From positions 2,305,695 through 2,369,694 of the forward strand of contig CAWCZS010000002.1 in the NCBI GenBank assembly GCA_963800175.1: DNA of 64,000 nucleotides. The letters are read 5' to 3'. This stretch comes from Candidatus Dormiibacterota bacterium. Its GTDB lineage: Bacteria > Chloroflexota > Dormibacteria > Aeolococcales > Aeolococcaceae. The translations under genes and the position numbers were made by a program. Shown here one piece after another: positions 59,455-64,000 of this stretch. A model generated the notes under the pieces. The model did not search any database. It saw only the letters and a program-made list of their open reading frames with translations, and had not been told where the DNA came from. Position 1 is the first letter of the stretch, and every line of letters begins with the position of its first letter.

Positions 59455-59589
59455 CTATAGGAGTGGGTTGCTTGCTGGAGGGGTGAGGATGTTGGCGAAC
59501 ACGATCGCCGAAATCATGATCACGACGAATGCCACGATGATGGCGAAGCATCCGAAGTCGGTGCGGAGAGCGACGATGAGGCGTTCCAT
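59455..59589 (-). CDS. possible 44-aa single-TM micro-ORF upstream of the Rieske gene
   Basis: MERLIVALRTDFGCFAIIVAFVVIMISAIVFANILTPPASNPLL from the internal ATG of ORF 59455..59679. Weak RBS. Confidence 0.3.
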   Translation of the reverse strand: MERLIVALRTDFGCFAIIVAFVVIMISAIVFANILTPPASNPLL

Positions 59590-59710
59590 ATCTCGTGTTC
59601 GGAGCGTCGGATTGTCAGATTGGCGGAAAGGATACGTCACGGCGGGACCCGCGCCGCGTGCCGGGTCGAGCGAGCCCACGGCGGTCGCCGGAGAGTAGCC
59701 TTGGAGGCCA

Positions 59711-60211
59711 GTGAGCGGATGGCGTGAGGTAGAGATCTACGGCACCTTTATCCGGTTGACGGGCGAGCTCGAGGTCATCGGTGCGGAGCGCCTCAGCGAC
59801 AGCATCAACCGATTCGGTGCATTCCTTCAGGTCCGGAATTCGCGTGCCGAGCCGCTCTCGACCAACTACCCGGTGCTCAGCCGGCTCGAGCCCCGCGTGA
59901 CGATCGCCAAGTCCGGAGTCATCCTCGTCTCGCCGCTCGAGGAGGTACCCGACGGGAACTCCGCGATGTGGAGGGAGACCGTCCCCTACGCCGCCTCGAT
60001 CAACACCTCCGCGATCTCGCTCGTCGGGGACGTCCACCTCTCGCCGGGCAACGACCTCCAGGACCACCTCGAGCGCCACCCCGGAGACTTCCTTCCGGTG
60101 ACCAACCTCTCCGCCCTCTGGATCACGGCGATCACGAACGAGACCCACGCCGTCCAGAGAGCCTTCGCGCTGCTGAACCCCGCATCGATCTTGTCCTTCT
60201 CGTTGCGGTAA
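59711..60211 (+). CDS. hypothetical protein with an internal two-fold repeat
   Basis: 166 aa. FIRLTGELEVIGAERLSDSINRFGAFLQVRN and AISLVGDVHLSPGNDLQDHLERHPGDFLPVTN align residue for residue. No family recognised. Confidence 0.5.
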   Translation: MSGWREVEIYGTFIRLTGELEVIGAERLSDSINRFGAFLQVRNSRAEPLSTNYPVLSRLEPRVTIAKSGVILVSPLEEVPDGNSAMWRETVPYAASINTSAISLVGDVHLSPGNDLQDHLERHPGDFLPVTNLSALWITAITNETHAVQRAFALLNPASILSFSLR

Positions 60212-60245
60212 AGGGCGTCCGCAAACACGTTCGCTCGGTGGTGGG

Positions 60246-60364
60246 GGCGGCAGAGGATGGGCGGCACGGTGCTCAGCTTGCCCGCTCCCTCGTTCGCGCA
60301 AGCAAATTGTCGCACTCGCTCGGGAGCGGTCAAATTCGCTGGGTGCCGCCCATCCTCTGCCGCC
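60246..60364. repeat. 119-bp nested-palindrome repeat, copy C
   Basis: 22-bp arms GGCGGCAGAGGATGGGCGGCAC / GTGCCGCCCATCCTCTGCCGCC. Core CTCAGCTTGCCCGCTCCCTCGTTCGCGCAAGCAAATTGTCGCACTCGCTCGGGAGCGGTCAAATTCGCTG. Confidence 0.88.
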
Positions 60365-60520
60365 TTACAGCCGTAGTCCTTCTTGCGGGCGCCGGCGACC
60401 GGATCGCTCAGGTACAAGACGTTGAGGTCATCATCAGGCTGCGGCTAAGAGCTTTTTCTTGGCGCTAACGAGCGCGGACGTTGACGCCGCTCTCGAGGAC
60501 TACGGCGAAGAGGGTGTAAG

Positions 60521-60637
60521 GCGGGAGGGGACGGGCGGCACTCAGCGAATTTGGCCGCTCCCGAACGAGTGCGACAATTTGCTTGCGCGAGCGAGGGAGC
60601 GGCCAAGCTGAGCACGGTGACGCCCGTCCCCTCCCGC
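60521..60637. repeat. 117-bp nested-palindrome repeat, copy D (inverted relative to C)
   Basis: 17-bp arms GCGGGAGGGGACGGGCG / CGCCCGTCCCCTCCCGC. The core is the reverse complement of copy C with a few substitutions. Confidence 0.88.
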
Positions 60638-60678
60638 CCGACCACTACGCGTTGCCGTCGTAGTCGTCAAGCCGGCGT

Positions 60679-61122
60679 TCAGACCGCAGCGAGGACCTTC
60701 TCGCGGATGGCTCGGTTCTGGCGGGAGGCGCCGGCGAAGCCGATGGCCATGCAGACGATGGCGATGAAGGCGAAGCCCATGCTGATGAAGGCGTTGATGC
60801 CGCGCTGGCTGACGCCGAACTGACTGAGGGAGTTGAGGACGAGCCAGGTCTTCTCGGCGGGGGCGGCCCAGACCGTGCCGATGAATGCCATGAGCATCCA
60901 GATCACGGCGAAGAAGTGCCAGATGGCGGCGGTGCGGATCACACCGTGGCGGGGCTTCGAGGTGAAGTAGAAGCCGGCCATCGCGATCACGAGGAGGACG
61001 ACGTAGGCGTTGAAGAGGACGAAGTCGATGAAGAACGAGATGATCTGCGCGGTCGTCAGGCCACCGAACCCGCTGATCGAAAACGGGAACGGGTTGTTGA
61101 CCGCGAGCATGGCCCCGAGCAT
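60679..61122 (-). CDS. hypothetical integral membrane protein (4 TM)
   Basis: Only the last 147 codons of ORF 60679..62301 look real (MLGAMLAV..FIDFVLFNAYVVLLVIAMAGFYF..IWHFFAVIWMLMAF..). The rest is antisense to fabH. Confidence 0.5.
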   Translation of the reverse strand: MLGAMLAVNNPFPFSISGFGGLTTAQIISFFIDFVLFNAYVVLLVIAMAGFYFTSKPRHGVIRTAAIWHFFAVIWMLMAFIGTVWAAPAEKTWLVLNSLSQFGVSQRGINAFISMGFAFIAIVCMAIGFAGASRQNRAIREKVLAAV

Positions 61123-61185
61123 CTCGATCGGGAAATGTACATCACCGCACCGGTGACGTAACCCCCCGGCCTCGCCTAAGCTTCT

Positions 61186-62208
61186 GTGCAGATGGCGATC
61201 CTGCACGCCCCCACGTCCGCACCCGCTGGAGTAACCCCGGGCACCACCCGGACAGCCGCCATCCTGGGCATCGCGTCGTACGTGCCGCCCGAGATCATCA
61301 CCAACGCGCACCTCGAGGCGATGGTCGACACGTCCGACGCGTGGATCCTCGAGCGCACGGGTATCCGCGAGCGTCGCAAGGTCTCCTCGGGGATGACCAC
61401 GTCGATGATGGCCGCGGAAGCGGGCCGCCGCGCGATGGCCGCCGCGGGGGTCGACAGCGTCGACGCGCTGATCGTCGCCACGGTGTCGCCCGATTCGCCA
61501 CTTCCGTCCACGGCGTGCCTGGTGCAGCGCCGGATGGGGCTGGGCGGCATTCCCGCGTTCGATATCGCCGCGGCGTGCGCCGGCTTCGTCTACGGAGTTG
61601 CGGTGGGCCGCGGGCTCATCGTGTCGTCCGGGATGAGCCGCGTCCTCGTCATTGCCGGTGACGCGCTCACTTCGCTCATCGATTACAAGGACCGCTCGAC
61701 GTGCGTGCTGTTCGGCGATGGCGCGGGGGCCGCCGTGCTCGGTGTGTCCGACTCCGGTGGCATCGAAGGAGTCCAGTGGGGCGCCGACGGCGCAGAGGCC
61801 GACCTCATCTATTACGGACCCAAGGCGGGCGAGGAGGACGGCGAGAACGGCCTGCGGATGTACGGCAAAGGCACCTTCCGTCTCGGCGTCGAACGCATGG
61901 CGGAGGCGGCTCGGTCGGTGTGCGCCGAGGCGGGCTGGGCGCTCGAGGACGTGACCCTGCTCGTCCCCCACCAGGCGAATCTGCGCATCATCGAGGCAGT
62001 CGCGAAGCGTCTCAATCTGCCCCTGGATCGCGTTGTCATCAATATCGACCGCTACGGCAACACCAGTGGCGCATCGATCCCGATCGCGCTCACCGAGGCC
62101 GCGGAAACCGGCAGGTTGCGCCAGGGTGACCGAGTCGTCTGCATCGCGTTCGGATCGGGCGTTGTGTGGGGTGGCCTCGCTCTTCGATGGACCGCCCCGA
62201 ATCGGTGA
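61186..62208 (+). CDS. fabH: 3-oxoacyl-ACP synthase III
   Basis: TSDAWILERTGIRERR, active-site ACAGF, LLVPHQANLRI, GNTSGASIP. 340 aa. Confidence 0.93.
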   Translation: MQMAILHAPTSAPAGVTPGTTRTAAILGIASYVPPEIITNAHLEAMVDTSDAWILERTGIRERRKVSSGMTTSMMAAEAGRRAMAAAGVDSVDALIVATVSPDSPLPSTACLVQRRMGLGGIPAFDIAAACAGFVYGVAVGRGLIVSSGMSRVLVIAGDALTSLIDYKDRSTCVLFGDGAGAAVLGVSDSGGIEGVQWGADGAEADLIYYGPKAGEEDGENGLRMYGKGTFRLGVERMAEAARSVCAEAGWALEDVTLLVPHQANLRIIEAVAKRLNLPLDRVVINIDRYGNTSGASIPIALTEAAETGRLRQGDRVVCIAFGSGVVWGGLALRWTAPNR

Positions 62209-63062
62209 CCTCGCGGCGACAGGCGCCGCGAAACAGGCTGCAGGCACCGGGACCCGAACTCCGGCCGACCGCGCCCACCACAGGCACCGTCGCGTGTCCA
62301 CGATGCAAGCGCCGCTTTGTCGCCGAGCGCTATGCCGCGGACCTGAACGTGTGCTCGGAATGCGGCCATCACGGGGTCGTCGGCGCGGCGCAGCGCATCG
62401 AACAGCTCTCAGATCCGGGCACGGCGGAGACGATGTTCATCGAGGTCGGTGACCGTGATCCGCTGTTGTTCGACGACGGTGTTCCGTATCCACAGCGTGT
62501 GGAGCGCGCTCGCGAGAAAACCGGCCTGCACGAGGCGTTTCTCACTGCCACCGCATCACTTGCGGGGAATCCCGTGGTGCTCGCGTGCATGGACTTCGGC
62601 TTTCTCGGCGGGTCGCTCGGGAGTGGCGCCGGAGAGATTTTCGCGCGCGCATGCGAGACCGCGGTCGCGCAGCAACGCGCGCTCGTCGCGGTGTGCACGT
62701 CGGGCGGGGCGAGGATGCAGGAGGGCATCGCCTCGCTCGCGCAGATGGCGCGTTGCTCGGCGGCGGTTGCCGAGGTCATCGCGGCGCGCCTTCCCTACAT
62801 CAGCATCCTTGGGGACCCGTGCTTCGGCGGGGTCACCGCGTCGTTCGCCGTGCAGGCGGATGTGATCATCGCCGAGCCTGGAGCGAGGATCGGTTTCGCA
62901 GGCGGCCGAGTCATCGAACAGGCAACGCACGACAAGCTTCCGGACGGCTTCCAGACCGCGGAATTCCTGCTCGCCCATGGCATGGTGGACGCCGTCGTCG
63001 AGCGCGGCCGCCTGCGCGACACAGTCGGCACGCTCATCCGCATCTACTCGGGGCGCGCATGA
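62187..63062 (+). CDS. accD: acetyl-CoA carboxylase carboxyltransferase beta subunit
   Basis: Zinc ribbon CPRCKRRF..CSECGHH. GFLGGSLGSGAGE. TSGGARMQEG. Start ATG 62187 or GTG 62166, overlapping the fabH end. Confidence 0.9.
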   Translation: MDRPESVTSRRQAPRNRLQAPGPELRPTAPTTGTVACPRCKRRFVAERYAADLNVCSECGHHGVVGAAQRIEQLSDPGTAETMFIEVGDRDPLLFDDGVPYPQRVERAREKTGLHEAFLTATASLAGNPVVLACMDFGFLGGSLGSGAGEIFARACETAVAQQRALVAVCTSGGARMQEGIASLAQMARCSAAVAEVIAARLPYISILGDPCFGGVTASFAVQADVIIAEPGARIGFAGGRVIEQATHDKLPDGFQTAEFLLAHGMVDAVVERGRLRDTVGTLIRIYSGRA

Positions 63063-63877
63063 GCACCACCATCGAGACAACCGAGCGCGAGCGGATCGCA
63101 TTTGCCGCCGTTGAGCTGGCCCGCCATCCTGAGCGCCCGCGCGCACTCCAGGTGATCGCGGCGATCACGGGCGGGTGGACGGAGCTACGCGGCGACCGGC
63201 TTTTCGGCGACGACCGCGCGGTGGTCGGCGGCCCGGCGCGGCTCGGCGGCCGTTCGGTCATGGTCATCGGCCAGGAGAAGGGCACCGATCCGATGACCCG
63301 GGCGCTGCACAACTTCGGGATGCCGCATCCCGAGGGATACCGCAAGGCCGTGCGCCTGATGCGCCAGGCGGAGAAGTTCTCGATGCCGGTGGTGTGTCTC
63401 GTCGACACGCCCGCGGCGCACGCGGGCATCGGCGCCGAGGAACGTGGTCAGGCATGGGCAATCGCCGATGCGCTCCTGTGCATGCTCGGGCTGCGCACAC
63501 CGACAGTCAGCGTGGTGCTCAGTGAAGGCGGCTCCGGTGGCGCGCTCGCGCTGGCACTGGCCGATCGCGTCCTCGCACTGGAAAACGCGGTGTACACAGT
63601 CGCGCCTCCTGAGACCTGCGCCGCGATCCTCTATCGCGACGCCGGGCAGCGCGCTCGCGCCGCAGCCGCGTTGCGTCCCGGCGTCGAGACAGCAAACCGA
63701 ATCGGCCTCGTGGACGAGCTCATCCCCGAGCCGCCACCAGGCGCGCATGCGCACGCACCACTGGTGATCGCCGCGATCCGCGGCGCGGTGATCCGCAACC
63801 TCGACGAGATCAGCGAGATCCCAATCGATGACCTGGTTGCGCAGCGGCAGCAGCGCTATCGGGCTGCGGGCGGCTGA
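63059..63877 (+). CDS. accA: acetyl-CoA carboxylase carboxyltransferase alpha subunit
   Basis: ATG 63059 (ATGA overlap with the accD stop). HPERP, FGMPHPEGYRKA, LVDTPAAHAGIGAEERGQ, SEGGSGGALA. Confidence 0.9.
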   Translation: MSTTIETTERERIAFAAVELARHPERPRALQVIAAITGGWTELRGDRLFGDDRAVVGGPARLGGRSVMVIGQEKGTDPMTRALHNFGMPHPEGYRKAVRLMRQAEKFSMPVVCLVDTPAAHAGIGAEERGQAWAIADALLCMLGLRTPTVSVVLSEGGSGGALALALADRVLALENAVYTVAPPETCAAILYRDAGQRARAAAALRPGVETANRIGLVDELIPEPPPGAHAHAPLVIAAIRGAVIRNLDEISEIPIDDLVAQRQQRYRAAGG

Positions 63878-64000
63878 TCTGCCCAGGCGGCGTGCAAAGC
63901 CGCCTCACGCTCCGGCGCCATGCCGGTGCGCGCGCGATTCGCGGTCACGATCTGCGTCCATTCGGGATGCTCGACCAACCACGACCACGTGTCCTGCACG
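63856..64000 (-). CDS. 3' end of an unidentified minus-strand gene (partial at window edge)
   Basis: Open frame from the edge to TAG 63856 (VQDTWSWLVEHPEWTQIVTANRARTGMAPEREAALHAAWADQ). GC3-rich. Too short to classify. Confidence 0.25.
   Translation of the reverse strand, partial: VQDTWSWLVEHPEWTQIVTANRARTGMAPEREAALHAAWADQPPAAR

Noticed and set aside
60380-60496. The 117-nt spacer between repeat copies C and D as a fifth, degenerate copy of the element (same length as the repeats).
   Set aside because: I could find neither the conserved core (GCGCAAGCAAATTGTCGC / CAGCGAATTT) nor complementary terminal arms in it. The equal length is probably coincidence.
60679-62301. 540-aa minus-strand ORF overlapping fabH.
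   Set aside because: Only the last 147 codons (a 4-TM membrane protein from ATG 61122) look real. Upstream codons are antisense to fabH, which has unmistakable KAS III motifs.
62585-63058. N-terminal 158-aa extension of the accA ORF, as given in the ORF track (62585..63877).
   Set aside because: The extension overlaps accD in another frame and is Arg-rich nonsense. MSTTIETTERE at ATG 63059 (ATGA overlap with the accD stop) is the natural accA start.

Overview
GC-rich (GC3-dominated codons) bacterial chromosomal segment. It is gene-dense and almost entirely housekeeping.

Gene content, left to right:
- A self-contained hopanoid cluster: prenyl synthase, type-2 idi, hpnC/D/E, shc, hpnH/A/G.
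- marR and a CYTH protein.
- A minus-strand block: greA-lysS-serS-thioesterase.
- dus, coaX, a ROK kinase, degV, tetR and a metallophosphoesterase.
- The arginine operon argCJBD-argR-argGH, with no argF.
- A GH15 hydrolase translationally overlapped by a TPR protein.
- An orphan parA-like ATPase with a coupled small ORF, followed by a 36-nt tandem repeat array.
- DUF503, a HelY-like helicase, and thrC behind a terminator/antiterminator leader.
- htpX, then a lemA / beta-propeller / htrA envelope block.
- A UDG, a SCO1664-family protein, a DUF318-type permease, tRNA-Arg(CCG) and birA.
- A ~10 kb co-directional respiratory supercluster: Rieske, cytochrome b6, subunit IV, a tri-haem cytochrome c, tiny TM ORFs, ctaC/D, ctaA/B, ctaG and a cupredoxin.
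- fabH-accD-accA.

I found no CRISPR array, transposase, integrase, toxin-antitoxin pair or recognisable defence system. I cannot point to a clear novel multi-gene system.

Observations most worth a second look:
1. A family of 117-119 bp nested-palindrome repeats (4 copies) whose stems differ between copies but stay complementary.
2. A 36-nt tandem array plus a distal inverted arm, immediately after the parA-like/small-ORF pair.
3. A mutually exclusive hairpin pair that sequesters the thrC Shine-Dalgarno sequence.
4. About 20 reading-frame breaks in 16 otherwise normal genes, several of them essential. This most likely reflects indel errors in the assembly.
5. Leaderless-type promoter geometry at several operon starts, and an ARG-box palindrome at argC.
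6. A b6-type (split b, haem-ci Cys, APWY Qo motif) complex wired to an A2-type oxidase and a cupredoxin.

All family calls come from motif recognition by eye. No database search was run.
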